NCBI GenBank assembly: GCA_048571215.1
Contig: CP182352.1
Location: forward strand, 3,328,001 to 3,392,000
Source of the DNA: Halarcobacter sp.
GTDB taxonomy: Bacteria > Campylobacterota > Campylobacteria > Campylobacterales > Arcobacteraceae
Reading direction: 5' to 3'
DNA: 64,000 nt
The notes under the pieces are model-generated. The model was not told the DNA's origin. It ran no database searches and was given only the letters and a program-made list of their open reading frames with translations. This document shows positions 46,269 through 56,320 of the stretch, in pieces. The first letter of the stretch is position 1; each line of letters opens with the position of its first letter. A program made the position numbers and the translations under genes.

Positions 46269-48671
46269 ATGGCTAGAGAACAAGTTTTTGATTCAAAGAT
46301 GTTTAAAGATAAAATAGATTTTTTTTTAAAAGAGTTTTATAAAGGTAATAAAGATGATTTATGTCATGATTTTTTAGAGTTTAAAAAATTAGATTTTTTA
46401 AAAGTAAAAAAAATTCTGAATATTAAAGAGAACCATGGTGGAACTGAACCTAAAAGATTATTAAACAATATTTTAAAATATAAAAATGAAGATTTTTATA
46501 AAAACCTTGATTTGATATATGATTATAAAACAAATGAAAAAAGCATTAAAGGAATAAATTCAACATTATATAGATGGTTAAGTAAACAACGTAGTTTACC
46601 TAATTTTTTTAAAGAGGCGTATGAAACTTTATATTTTTACCATAAGTATCAAAATTCTGATAAATTTCTTGAAAAAGAATATTTTAATAATAAAACTGAC
46701 ATAGAAGATTTTAAAAAAAGGGTAATAGCTTTTAAAAAAAGTGTTGAAGAAAATGAAGAGGATAATATTTTTAAAGATTTTAAATACTTATATATTTTTA
46801 GTAATACAATAAAGGAAAAATATGAAAAGGGTAAATCAAAAACTAAATTTGGTATTTATGATATAAAAACTATTTCAGACAATGAATTAATATTTAGGTC
46901 ACGAAATTTAAAAGAGAGATATGAAGTTTCTTATGCAATTAAAGATAGACAAATAATTCTAACAGCAGAAGCTGACTCAAGATATATTTTGATGTATATT
47001 TTTTATGATAATCCAAATTTTACAGTAACTAAGAAGATTGAAGATGATTATATTGTTGGTATATCAGTTTCATTAAGTACTTATAATAAAAAAGAACCTG
47101 ATGTTGTTACAAAAAAAATTATACTTTCAAAACATTTATTTTCAACTAATAACAGTGCAACATTATTAAATGAAGAACATCTTCAAACTTTCATTAATGG
47201 TTATAATTTGTTAAAAATAGATAGTTTTGACCACACTATATTAAAATCTTTAAATGAAAATAGCAAAACCAAAGATATGAAGTTATCAGAATATAAAATA
47301 AGAAGAATAGAAGATAATTTTATTGAACGAACAAATGAAGTTATTTCTTCTATTCACAAAAATGCACAGTTAATGATTGACTATTTAGCAAATAAGAATA
47401 CATTTTACCTTGAACCTATATTAAAACATTTAGAAAATAATCTGAGTCTTCTATCAAAAATTAAATATTCAAATCCTTCATTTACGATTGAAATGAGTGT
47501 TAAAAATACTTTTTTAGCAATTATCAATTCAAAACAATTTCAAAATAAAATTGAAAAAAATGAAATAAATAAGATTCGTTTTTTAATGAATATGGAGAGA
47601 AAAGTTTCAACTGCTTATTTTAAAAGTCAGTCTGAAATAATAGATTTTTTCACCCCACTTGAAAAACTTATTGAAAAAAATTTATTCGAATTGATAATTG
47701 TTCATAGTGAGCATCATAATGAAAAGATAAATGAGATTTTTAATACTTTGAGTGAAGTTAGAAAATGTACAAACCTAATTACCGTTACTGATTTAAATAA
47801 AGCAGGATTTGGTGAAAAAGAATACTTTTTTACAATAAATGAACTGTTGGTATCAAAAGACTCTACTAATAGTTTTTTTGAATGTACAATTTACAATAAT
47901 AAAGAAAAAGTAGAACATGCAAATAATATTTTTCATACAATTCTTAAAAAGACTGATAGAGTTGAATATAGATACAAAATAATATATTTGATAAAAAGAG
48001 AGCTAAAGAAGTATAAATTAAATTATAGTATAAATTCATTAGGGTATTTATTTTACAAACAATATCCAGATGAAAGAGATATTGCGGTTATAGAAATATT
48101 AAAATATGATAAAAATATTCAAAAAATATTGAATAACTTGTTAGTTAATAAAGAAGTATCTAATAAAAAACAAATTTTAAATTCTTTAAATGAATATTAT
48201 AAGTTAATAGATATTAGAGAAAAAGTATTTGATATTTTTTCAGATAGATACACTGAAGATAATTCATCTAAAAGCATTTCAGTAAAAAATAGAATTAATG
48301 GTTTTATTGAATATTATGAATTAAAATTTAAAGATTATGAATTTCTAGATTTTTATGCAACAATAAATGAAACTTGTAAAATATTAGATGATTTATTAAA
48401 TATACATGATGTTGAATTACCTTTTAGTAAAAAATGTATAAATAAACATCTTTTGGAATATTCTGAATATATTGAAAAAATAGTAAATGAAATTGAAGAA
48501 ATTAAAGATAATCTTATAAAACAGGGACTATCTAACATTTTATCAAATAAAAATATTAAAATAAATTTTGAAATTAAATTTGCTTTAGAAGATTTTATGA
48601 TTGGAGAAAATATTGATAAAGAGAATCTTAAAAAATTATTAGGTTTACAAGCTAAGAATTGTATGGAATGA
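46269..48671 (+). CDS. Large hypothetical cytoplasmic protein, possible N-terminal HTH
   Basis: 800-aa ORF with AAGGA RBS; INSTLYRWLSKQRSLP resembles an HTH recognition helix; no other motif recognised. Confidence 0.7.
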   Translation: MAREQVFDSKMFKDKIDFFLKEFYKGNKDDLCHDFLEFKKLDFLKVKKILNIKENHGGTEPKRLLNNILKYKNEDFYKNLDLIYDYKTNEKSIKGINSTLYRWLSKQRSLPNFFKEAYETLYFYHKYQNSDKFLEKEYFNNKTDIEDFKKRVIAFKKSVEENEEDNIFKDFKYLYIFSNTIKEKYEKGKSKTKFGIYDIKTISDNELIFRSRNLKERYEVSYAIKDRQIILTAEADSRYILMYIFYDNPNFTVTKKIEDDYIVGISVSLSTYNKKEPDVVTKKIILSKHLFSTNNSATLLNEEHLQTFINGYNLLKIDSFDHTILKSLNENSKTKDMKLSEYKIRRIEDNFIERTNEVISSIHKNAQLMIDYLANKNTFYLEPILKHLENNLSLLSKIKYSNPSFTIEMSVKNTFLAIINSKQFQNKIEKNEINKIRFLMNMERKVSTAYFKSQSEIIDFFTPLEKLIEKNLFELIIVHSEHHNEKINEIFNTLSEVRKCTNLITVTDLNKAGFGEKEYFFTINELLVSKDSTNSFFECTIYNNKEKVEHANNIFHTILKKTDRVEYRYKIIYLIKRELKKYKLNYSINSLGYLFYKQYPDERDIAVIEILKYDKNIQKILNNLLVNKEVSNKKQILNSLNEYYKLIDIREKVFDIFSDRYTEDNSSKSISVKNRINGFIEYYELKFKDYEFLDFYATINETCKILDDLLNIHDVELPFSKKCINKHLLEYSEYIEKIVNEIEEIKDNLIKQGLSNILSNKNIKINFEIKFALEDFMIGENIDKENLKKLLGLQAKNCME

Positions 48672-48700
48672 TTCTTATTTAAGATTATTTGAGAACTTCA

Positions 48701-48863
48701 GAGACCGTTCAAAAATCTGTGTCAAGTCACCTAAAGTAACAAATCCATACTTGTTACAACTCTAAATAATTATCCAATCTCCCTTCGAAAAATATAGCAA
48801 GTTGAGAGATTGTTAAACTCCAATTATGCACTGGCTGAGTCCATTTTACTTTTGCATTTAATA
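48701..48863 (-). mobile_element. IS256 fragment (right end and 3' end of the transposase, 163 bp)
   Basis: Matches 14182-14344 with one substitution seen; stops abruptly at the 20-bp repeat. Confidence 0.92.
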
Positions 48864-48882
48864 CCTCATGTCATATTCAAAA
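48863..48882 (+). repeat. 20-bp direct repeat with TGTCAT end-like motif, copy 2
   Basis: ACCTCATGTCATATTCAAAA. Confidence 0.75.
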
Positions 48883-49132
48883 AAGATTATAATGACCTTT
48901 ACTAATCTAGGTAACTATACTATAGAGGTCTTTCCCTTACTTTTTGACTTCTTCATATTAGAAATATATCAATTAAAAAATGATAATAGTTTGTTAAAAA
49001 CTGATATTACAAATTACAACATAAATATGAGTAATGGATAATACTTAATTATCAGTTGTTAATTTTTATATATTTTATCATACTTGTCATTACTATTGTG
49101 TCATATATTTAGAATTTTAAAAAAACTTTAAA

Positions 49133-49492
49133 TTATTCTTCTTTTAATACCGTTTCTCTAATATAAATTAATAAGTCTTTCTCATCAATAATAGTAACCT
49201 TGTCTTTTTTTACAATTATTTTATTCTTACCATTATTCATCAATTTATCATAAATAGTATTTGCTATTATACCCGCTGGTACTCCACTTAATAAACCTAT
49301 TGATAAACCTATAACTAAATCTTTTTTACCAAATGCTTTTTCATCAGATTCATTTTCAAATAAATATTTAACATCTATATCATTTTCTAATAAAATACTT
49401 TCTTCTTTATTTGGTATAGAATTAAATAAATTCTCTAAAAAATTAGTATCTTCGGTAACTATTGTAATATCTTTAAAAATCTTTGCATCCAT
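49133..49492 (-). CDS. Small hypothetical protein with one Gly-rich hydrophobic helix
   Basis: 119 aa from ATG 49492 (GGAG RBS, 1 bp after the upstream stop); LVIGLSIGLLSGVPAGIIANTIYDKL. Confidence 0.7.
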   Translation of the reverse strand: MDAKIFKDITIVTEDTNFLENLFNSIPNKEESILLENDIDVKYLFENESDEKAFGKKDLVIGLSIGLLSGVPAGIIANTIYDKLMNNGKNKIIVKKDKVTIIDEKDLLIYIRETVLKEE

Positions 49493-49493
49493 A

Positions 49494-50522
49494 TTAACTC
49501 TCCATATAAGTTTGAATTTTTCTATCCAATTCATCTAATAAATCTAAAAATCCTAAATCATCATTAGTGATCTTCATCATCTCATTTTTTAATCGACATG
49601 CTCTATCTAAAGGTGATGGATGTATTTTAGAAAGTTCTTCTCCATTTTTATACTCAATTAGATTAAGCCACATAAAGAAATAATAAATAGAATAAAAAGT
49701 TGACCACTTTTGAATATCCTCTTCTATATTAGCAAATAAGTTTTCAAAAGCAAATAGATCAGCTTTATATTCAAGTTCATGACTTTTACTAATTGAATCT
49801 ATATTAGAAATTTTTTCATCATCTTTTAACATATACATTTTATGATAATCCATAATATCAAAATCTCCATTTACTATGTGGCCTAACTCATGTAATCCAA
49901 TAAATTGCATAACCTTTATACTAAAGGATGATTGTGCTGCACTAGCTACTGAGTGAACATCATCTGGGTATTCATGCCAATAAATATCATTTGTTACTTT
50001 ATGATCTCGATTAAAAAATATATCTACTGATTTATTCAAGTAAGATGTTCCATCTCCTTTATATTCTATAAAGTCCCCTTGAAAATTTTCAATGATTATA
50101 CTTTTTGCAATTAATTGCAATGCATAGTATGTACCAAGATTAATAAAAATTGCATAACCATCTATGATTTCATCATAATCATTTTTATTTACACACCCTG
50201 CATGTATCTTACCACTTTCTAATATCCCAAGGCTTGATCTATTAATTATCTCTTCATACTTATTGTTCGTATATAAATTTAGATCTTCTTTTAAACTCGA
50301 TGCCATTTCACTGATAATATTTAAATAATTATCATAATTAGATCTTTCCTTATTAAATTGAGATAGTTGTCTAACACTTTCTTCATCATTATTTAGAGCC
50401 TTTAGTGTATTCTCTAAAACATTACTTTCTTTTTGACTTAAAGGATATGCTTTTAATAGCCAAGCATGAATACTTTTTCTTTCTTCTTCTTTTTTTATTT
50501 CTATAAATTCTTTAGCTGTCAT
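49494..50522 (-). CDS. HExxH zinc metallopeptidase, Lit (U49)/M48-like
   Basis: FIGLHELGHIV, HELEYKADLFA, HPSPLDR. Confidence 0.72.
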   Translation of the reverse strand: MTAKEFIEIKKEEERKSIHAWLLKAYPLSQKESNVLENTLKALNNDEESVRQLSQFNKERSNYDNYLNIISEMASSLKEDLNLYTNNKYEEIINRSSLGILESGKIHAGCVNKNDYDEIIDGYAIFINLGTYYALQLIAKSIIIENFQGDFIEYKGDGTSYLNKSVDIFFNRDHKVTNDIYWHEYPDDVHSVASAAQSSFSIKVMQFIGLHELGHIVNGDFDIMDYHKMYMLKDDEKISNIDSISKSHELEYKADLFAFENLFANIEEDIQKWSTFYSIYYFFMWLNLIEYKNGEELSKIHPSPLDRACRLKNEMMKITNDDLGFLDLLDELDRKIQTYMES

Positions 50523-52211
50523 TTATGATCCATTAAAAAGTTTAGGTGTTAATGATGTTGGTTTAATATTAGGTTCTTTAATTTTTATAATTATAGGCAT
50601 TGGCATTTCTATACTAATTAAAAGAGCTTCACCTGATTGTAATGTAGGTAAATAAGAAAGTGAATTTTTACTTCCCTCAGAACAAGCCTTTTCTATTACA
50701 GCTCTATCTGATTCATTTATTAATCTATGTACTATAAAAGTACCCATTTGACTTAATGTACCAACTGGTATATCTTTCGGATTTTGGGTAGAGATACATA
50801 AGAATAATCCATGTTTTCTACATTCTTTAGCTATTTTATCAAATGCATCAAGTTCTAAGTCCTGAATAGTATCATCATTAATTGTTTTCTTAAGAAACTG
50901 ATGTGCCTCATCTATAAATAATACTATTGGATTTTTCTTAAACTTATAATCTCTAGCTTCATCTAATAAATAACTTCCAATTGCATTTGTTAATATTTCC
51001 CTTAGTCCATTTTCAAAAGGAGCATCTTTTAGAGAGATTATAAAAAGTGTTTGTTCAGTTTGAGCTTCATCTAAAAAATCTTCTAATTGTTGATTAAACT
51101 CATTTTCATCATCCAGTTGTTTATCAAAACCAAAAATATTTTTGAACTCTTTTTGCCCCTTTATTCTTTCTATTCTATTTATCAGAGGATTAACATGATT
51201 TTTTGCTGTTTTATCTTCATCTCCAAATGAATTTGTAGCACTTGCTTTTACACATTCAGCATAAATTTGAGGACATAAATTATTGATTTTAAAATCACTT
51301 TTGTCAGATTCGACTTCTTTTCTATATTTATTTAATGCATTTTCATAATTACTTTTTGGTTGTCCAGCCTTTGGATATGTATTTTGACCATAGCCTTCAT
51401 TTAATTCTAATTGCTTTACTAATTTTAGACTCTTTATAGCATCAAGTAACCTTGGTTTCTGTACACCTTCACTTGGTTTAAATATTGATACTAAATCCAT
51501 TGTTCGTAATCTTGAATAATGAAAAAATGTATCTTCATTATTTGAACCAAATTTTACAGTTTTTACATTATCTAGCTCATAGAAGTTTTCATACTCACCT
51601 GTAGCATCAATTAGAATTGCTTTTGATTGATTTAATTCTAAAAACTCTTCAAGTATCCTGGAAACAGTATAACTTTTACCACCTCCCGTTGTCCCAACAA
51701 CAGCACAATGTCGTCCAAATAATTGATTTGGATTTAAAGGCAAACTAGTTTCTAAAGTATTAGTAAGTTTTGCAATATCAAAAGTAATACTACTATCTGA
51801 AGTATCACTCACAAATAGTGTTTTAATTAGATCTGCAGAACACAAATATACTTTTGAGCCTACAGCAGGATATTTATCTAAACCTTTATCAATCTTTGTA
51901 GAATAGTAATTAAATGATAGTAATAGTTCCACTTTACCTTGAGGATGAAATGAAGAATCATAAAAAGCATGCTCACCTAAAAAATTTTGTTCTTTTTCAG
52001 GTAATGAAATCTCTTGAAGCTTTCCTAAGAATCCATAGTTTTCACCTTCTATGACAACATAGTTTCCAACTATTCCACCTGATAATTCATCGTCATAATG
52101 CCAAAACTTTTTAAGTAATTTAGGAGTTGGAAAATGTATATTTGAAAAACTTGGTGTTACTTTAGATATATAACCTACAAATTTTTCATTTGTAAAGATA
52201 TGTTTATTCAT
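50523..52211 (-). CDS. herA: HerA/FtsK-family ATPase of a Sir2-HerA defence system
   Basis: HAS-barrel-like N-terminus, HCAVVGTTGGGKS, LIDATGEY, FIDEAHQF, IAKECRKHG..TQNP. Confidence 0.9.
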   Translation of the reverse strand: MNKHIFTNEKFVGYISKVTPSFSNIHFPTPKLLKKFWHYDDELSGGIVGNYVVIEGENYGFLGKLQEISLPEKEQNFLGEHAFYDSSFHPQGKVELLLSFNYYSTKIDKGLDKYPAVGSKVYLCSADLIKTLFVSDTSDSSITFDIAKLTNTLETSLPLNPNQLFGRHCAVVGTTGGGKSYTVSRILEEFLELNQSKAILIDATGEYENFYELDNVKTVKFGSNNEDTFFHYSRLRTMDLVSIFKPSEGVQKPRLLDAIKSLKLVKQLELNEGYGQNTYPKAGQPKSNYENALNKYRKEVESDKSDFKINNLCPQIYAECVKASATNSFGDEDKTAKNHVNPLINRIERIKGQKEFKNIFGFDKQLDDENEFNQQLEDFLDEAQTEQTLFIISLKDAPFENGLREILTNAIGSYLLDEARDYKFKKNPIVLFIDEAHQFLKKTINDDTIQDLELDAFDKIAKECRKHGLFLCISTQNPKDIPVGTLSQMGTFIVHRLINESDRAVIEKACSEGSKNSLSYLPTLQSGEALLISIEMPMPIIIKIKEPNIKPTSLTPKLFNGS

Positions 52212-53416
52212 TAACTAGCTCCATTAGAATCTAAATATTGACTAGATGGTAAATAGGTTACAAAATCTTTAAAAAACTCTCCAATTATAACTATTTGACT
52301 GCTTCTTTTTGATTGTTCAAATAGTTTTTTAAAATTTTCATTTAAATCGGGTTTTATAAATGGCTCGATTATTACTAAATTTAAACTAGGGTTTTGATTT
52401 AAAGCCTCATTTATCATAGTAAATATATGTTTATCTGCAAAACTAAATCCAACTGTTATTAAAGTTGTTGTTCCATTCTTTCTAAGTTCTGATTGAAATC
52501 TACTCATCATTTCAAAATATGGTTGTTCATATGATGATTCATACTTATTACTATTTGGATAAATCATCATAGCTTTAAGTGGACTATTTGTTTGAATTAC
52601 ATCATTGTCTTTTTTTTCCCAATTTACTGAACCATGAAGTTTATATAAATGAAATACATTATTTGCAAAATTCTCTGTTGACGAAGTACGACTATTTTCA
52701 CGAATTACTATATCATAATCAAAATATTTACCACTAAACTTTCTTGGTTGAGTGAAAGAGAAACCATCAATAATTACATATCCTCCTTCAGCTCCAGCTT
52801 CTTCAAATGCTCTATCATAATTTGTCGTAAATATTTTAAGTCTAGATTGTTTAGTTTTACGACTCGTAAGTTTTTTTATAAATTCCAAATGTATTGACTT
52901 ATCTATTAATGAAAAATTACATAGATTTAATATCCAACTTTCAATTGTAGCTACATGCCAAGCAATATTTTCATTATTATTAAATTCTAAATATAATTTT
53001 GCTTTTGATAAAACGGTTTCTAAATCTTTTTTACTTTTAATATTTTCATCTATACCAATAGTATTTAAAAATGTATTAAAATTATAATTCTCTCCTTGAA
53101 GTGTTAACATAAAATCCCATAGTTCCCACATTAATTTGCCACCAAATAATTCATCATCTTTAGAACTACCTGCACCAGTTAAAACTAATAGTTTTTCTGC
53201 AGATACTAGTTTTTCAAGTAATTTAATATAATAACTTTGAGATACTTCAAGAGCCTTTTTAGTTAAAGTTGCTTCATCCATTCCCTCAGGAGATAATTTA
53301 TATTCAATTGTTTCATCACCTTGTTTTTCTTTTAATAAAACTCCATTAATTTTTAATTCATCCCCATTAATTTCAACCAATTTATTTTTTGTACTTAAAA
53401 AAATTTTATTTTCCAT
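52211..53416 (-). CDS. SIR2-family NADase of a Sir2-HerA defence system
   Basis: VLTGAGSS, FTTNYD, YKLHGSVNW, VGFSFADKHI; TAATG coupling to herA. Confidence 0.9.
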   Translation of the reverse strand: MENKIFLSTKNKLVEINGDELKINGVLLKEKQGDETIEYKLSPEGMDEATLTKKALEVSQSYYIKLLEKLVSAEKLLVLTGAGSSKDDELFGGKLMWELWDFMLTLQGENYNFNTFLNTIGIDENIKSKKDLETVLSKAKLYLEFNNNENIAWHVATIESWILNLCNFSLIDKSIHLEFIKKLTSRKTKQSRLKIFTTNYDRAFEEAGAEGGYVIIDGFSFTQPRKFSGKYFDYDIVIRENSRTSSTENFANNVFHLYKLHGSVNWEKKDNDVIQTNSPLKAMMIYPNSNKYESSYEQPYFEMMSRFQSELRKNGTTTLITVGFSFADKHIFTMINEALNQNPSLNLVIIEPFIKPDLNENFKKLFEQSKRSSQIVIIGEFFKDFVTYLPSSQYLDSNGAS

Positions 53417-53463
53417 AAATTACCTCTTCTTTAATATCATAAAATCTATATTACTTTTATACT

Positions 53464-54189
53464 TCAAAAAGTTATCATTTTTAAATTATTCTCTAACTGT
53501 ATCTTGGTTTGTTCATGAGAAAGTTCCCATAAGCTTGATAAATAATTTATTACAATATCTACATCCCATGGATAAAGTGTACTATTATTCAAGATTGCAA
53601 ATGGACCATCTGTTTCTGGAAAAATCTTTTCTTTTGGTATTTTACTAATTAAAGACATACCTTTTTTTGCATAACACATTTTAGGATTTATACTAAAATA
53701 GCAACCTAAGTTAATAGCTCTATCTAATTCTCTTTGTGTACCTGAAAACCAATGTAAAATTGATGTACCACAACTAGGATACTTTTCTAATAAATTTAAA
53801 ACTTCCGTAGCTGCTCCTCTTGAATGTATACTAAGAACCTTTCCTGTTTGGTTTGAACACTCTTTTAAAACTTTTTCAAAAACATCAATTTGAAGATTAA
53901 AAGTATGTTTAAAATCTTTAGTCCCATCTAAGCCGATTTCACCAATATATTTAGTATTTTTTATTAAATCAATTAGTAAATTAACTTCATTGATTTTTTT
54001 ATCAACAATTTCAGGATGCAAACCTAAAGCAACATGTATATTCTTATAGTTCTTAAATACATTACTTGTCGCTACATATGCCCTTGGACTTGTTGTAACA
54101 CATAATGTAAATATATTATTTACATTAACTTTAGATATTATTTTTAGAGAATTTGGATACAAATCTAAATGTGAATGCATATCTATCAT
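53464..54189 (-). CDS. qatD: Qat system TatD-family nuclease
   Basis: IDMHSHLDLY, ALGLHPE, IGEIGLDG, SIHSR, LHWFSG, ETDGPF. Confidence 0.92.
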   Translation of the reverse strand: MIDMHSHLDLYPNSLKIISKVNVNNIFTLCVTTSPRAYVATSNVFKNYKNIHVALGLHPEIVDKKINEVNLLIDLIKNTKYIGEIGLDGTKDFKHTFNLQIDVFEKVLKECSNQTGKVLSIHSRGAATEVLNLLEKYPSCGTSILHWFSGTQRELDRAINLGCYFSINPKMCYAKKGMSLISKIPKEKIFPETDGPFAILNNSTLYPWDVDIVINYLSSLWELSHEQTKIQLENNLKMITF

Positions 54190-55478
54190 AATACGCCCTT
54201 AGCTTTTAAAAACTCACCTAATTCTTCAAGTCCATTCTTTACAACATTTACATATTTACTTCTATCATCTACTGACGAAAAAGACAATGAACCTCCTATT
54301 ACTGACTCTATCCCAAATTTTTTATATTTTACATAAGCTAAAGCAACAGCTTGAATATCATCATGCTTGTCATTTCTAGCAGCATCAGCTGTCAAATCTG
54401 TATAAAAATATTTTGTTTTATCTTCTATTTTTGCATGATAATAAGAAGCTCTTCTAACTAAACATGGCACACAACGTCCGCAATGTGTATAAGCAAATCG
54501 ACTGTATCTTCCACAACTTGTAGTAGTATTTATCAATGAATTTATAAGTGTTTTATTTTTACATTTTTTTAACATTTCACCTTTAGTAGTAAACTGATAG
54601 TTCCTTATTAATTTAACATTTATTCCTACACTATTTAATATCTCTTCAATTGAATTTAAAAAAACTGGATGTGTCGTTTTTGTACTAAGACTACCTAATC
54701 TAGAACCTGTTAAAGCTGTATTCAAACTTATAAATCCATTTTCAGCTATAAATACTGGAACAGTTACTTTCCCCCATTTTTTTAAGGATGATGCAGCAAG
54801 CAATGCATATGCTAAAAAGACTATTGAACGTCCTCTCGTAGAATCTTCAACCTTATTTCTTGTGATTGGGTTCTTCCATTGAAAATGTTTTAATTTAGGT
54901 GCTAGCTTCTGAGCAAACTCTATTTGCTTATCTGTATCTCCTTTAGCTCCCTGAGATATAAAACATGGACTATAACCATCTGAAACAAGGTCTATTCCTC
55001 CTATTAAACTATCCATACCACCTGAAAGTAAAGCAATACAGTCTGCATTATTATCTATTTTATCAAAGAGCTTTTTAGGTTTTGGTGGAGGCATTCCTCC
55101 ATCAAAAAAAGTAAATTCCCAAAAGTCACCTGTCAAAAACCTTATAGTTTTTTCCAACTTGTTTTTAACTTTTTCCCATGGCTTTTTGTTGTGTAAATAA
55201 ATCTCTAATTGTATTTTTCTAGTCCATCCATCACTACTAGAACTTCTAACACAACTTAAATCTGCTGCATATATACTAAAACATATCGATATAAAATCCC
55301 ATACCGTATCATCAGGATAAAAACCTTGTTTTTTTATTATTTTATCCCATCCAAAAGCAACATAACCTGGAACTTTTTTACCAGCTAATGAAAATCTTAA
55401 ATTATATAATGAAAAATATATAACATCTTTATCTAAGAATTCAGGTAATACTTCTATTGGTCCACATACAACTTTCAT
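54186..55478 (-). CDS. qatC: Qat system QueC-like protein
   Basis: LLSGGMDS PP-loop, ENGFISLN, STKTTHP, TKGEM, SC..HCGRCVPCLVRR. Confidence 0.93.
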   Translation of the reverse strand: MKVVCGPIEVLPEFLDKDVIYFSLYNLRFSLAGKKVPGYVAFGWDKIIKKQGFYPDDTVWDFISICFSIYAADLSCVRSSSSDGWTRKIQLEIYLHNKKPWEKVKNKLEKTIRFLTGDFWEFTFFDGGMPPPKPKKLFDKIDNNADCIALLSGGMDSLIGGIDLVSDGYSPCFISQGAKGDTDKQIEFAQKLAPKLKHFQWKNPITRNKVEDSTRGRSIVFLAYALLAASSLKKWGKVTVPVFIAENGFISLNTALTGSRLGSLSTKTTHPVFLNSIEEILNSVGINVKLIRNYQFTTKGEMLKKCKNKTLINSLINTTTSCGRYSRFAYTHCGRCVPCLVRRASYYHAKIEDKTKYFYTDLTADAARNDKHDDIQAVALAYVKYKKFGIESVIGGSLSFSSVDDRSKYVNVVKNGLEELGEFLKAKGVL

Positions 55479-56320
55479 TCAATTTCCTCTTCAAATACCG
55501 CAAATGTATTCTCTATTGCTTGTCTCATAATTGCATCTAGTCTAGTAATTTCAGGATCTGGATCTTTTTCTCTAAATGGTTTAATTTGAGCTACTATTTC
55601 TGCTTTCAAATATTCATACATTTCGTTACTTCTTTCAACTTGTTGAACTGGAGTTAATTTTGAACTTTCAAATATTTGTCCAATATCAAGTTCAATCCTA
55701 CTCTTTGCTTCATAAGATAAAACATTTTCAATTAAAGTCCATACTTCATTACTCCCCATATTTAATAAATCGATATCAGGATCAGTAGTTAACATCTCAG
55801 ACATTGCAAATGTCATAGAGTTTTTTATACTATCTTCATCTAGAGTGCCACCTTCATTTGTAACACGTTGAACTATTGCATCTATAATTTCATTTGGAGT
55901 TGGATTCTTTGAAATGAGATTTTTATGCCAATCACTAATTTCAGGAGTTGCTTCATTTTTAACATCATTTATAAAAGAGACTAAACCTGCTGTAGCTTTT
56001 GTAGAAACTCTCATTCTTTTTGATATGTTTTGAGCACCACCCATTCCTGTTTTGGAATAATGTCCCATTGACTTTCTAAAAGAAGTTCTATCACCAGATC
56101 TAGCATAATTTCCTAAATATCTACGTGCGTCAGCAAATCTTCTAGGTGGAGCTACTTCCTGATTAGGATTATCTTTTTTTGGTTCTTTTTTATCATCATT
56201 TGGTACTTCTGTATTTCCATCATTTGGTAAAGATGGTAATTCACTACCTAAATCATCTAGCCAAGGTGGATCCATAGAAACACCTGGACCTGGACCACCA
56301 CTTGAAGTTGAAGTTCCCAT
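55475..56320 (-). CDS. qatB: Qat system associated protein
   Basis: MGTSTSSGGPG..PPW N-terminus, position between qatA and qatC. Confidence 0.9.
   Translation of the reverse strand: MGTSTSSGGPGPGVSMDPPWLDDLGSELPSLPNDGNTEVPNDDKKEPKKDNPNQEVAPPRRFADARRYLGNYARSGDRTSFRKSMGHYSKTGMGGAQNISKRMRVSTKATAGLVSFINDVKNEATPEISDWHKNLISKNPTPNEIIDAIVQRVTNEGGTLDEDSIKNSMTFAMSEMLTTDPDIDLLNMGSNEVWTLIENVLSYEAKSRIELDIGQIFESSKLTPVQQVERSNEMYEYLKAEIVAQIKPFREKDPDPEITRLDAIMRQAIENTFAVFEEEIE

Noticed and set aside
54186..55478. Queuosine or Dpd 7-deazaguanine biosynthesis gene
   Set aside because: Context (KAP NTPase, QatB, TatD) identifies it as QatC; no queD, queE, folE or dpdA is present
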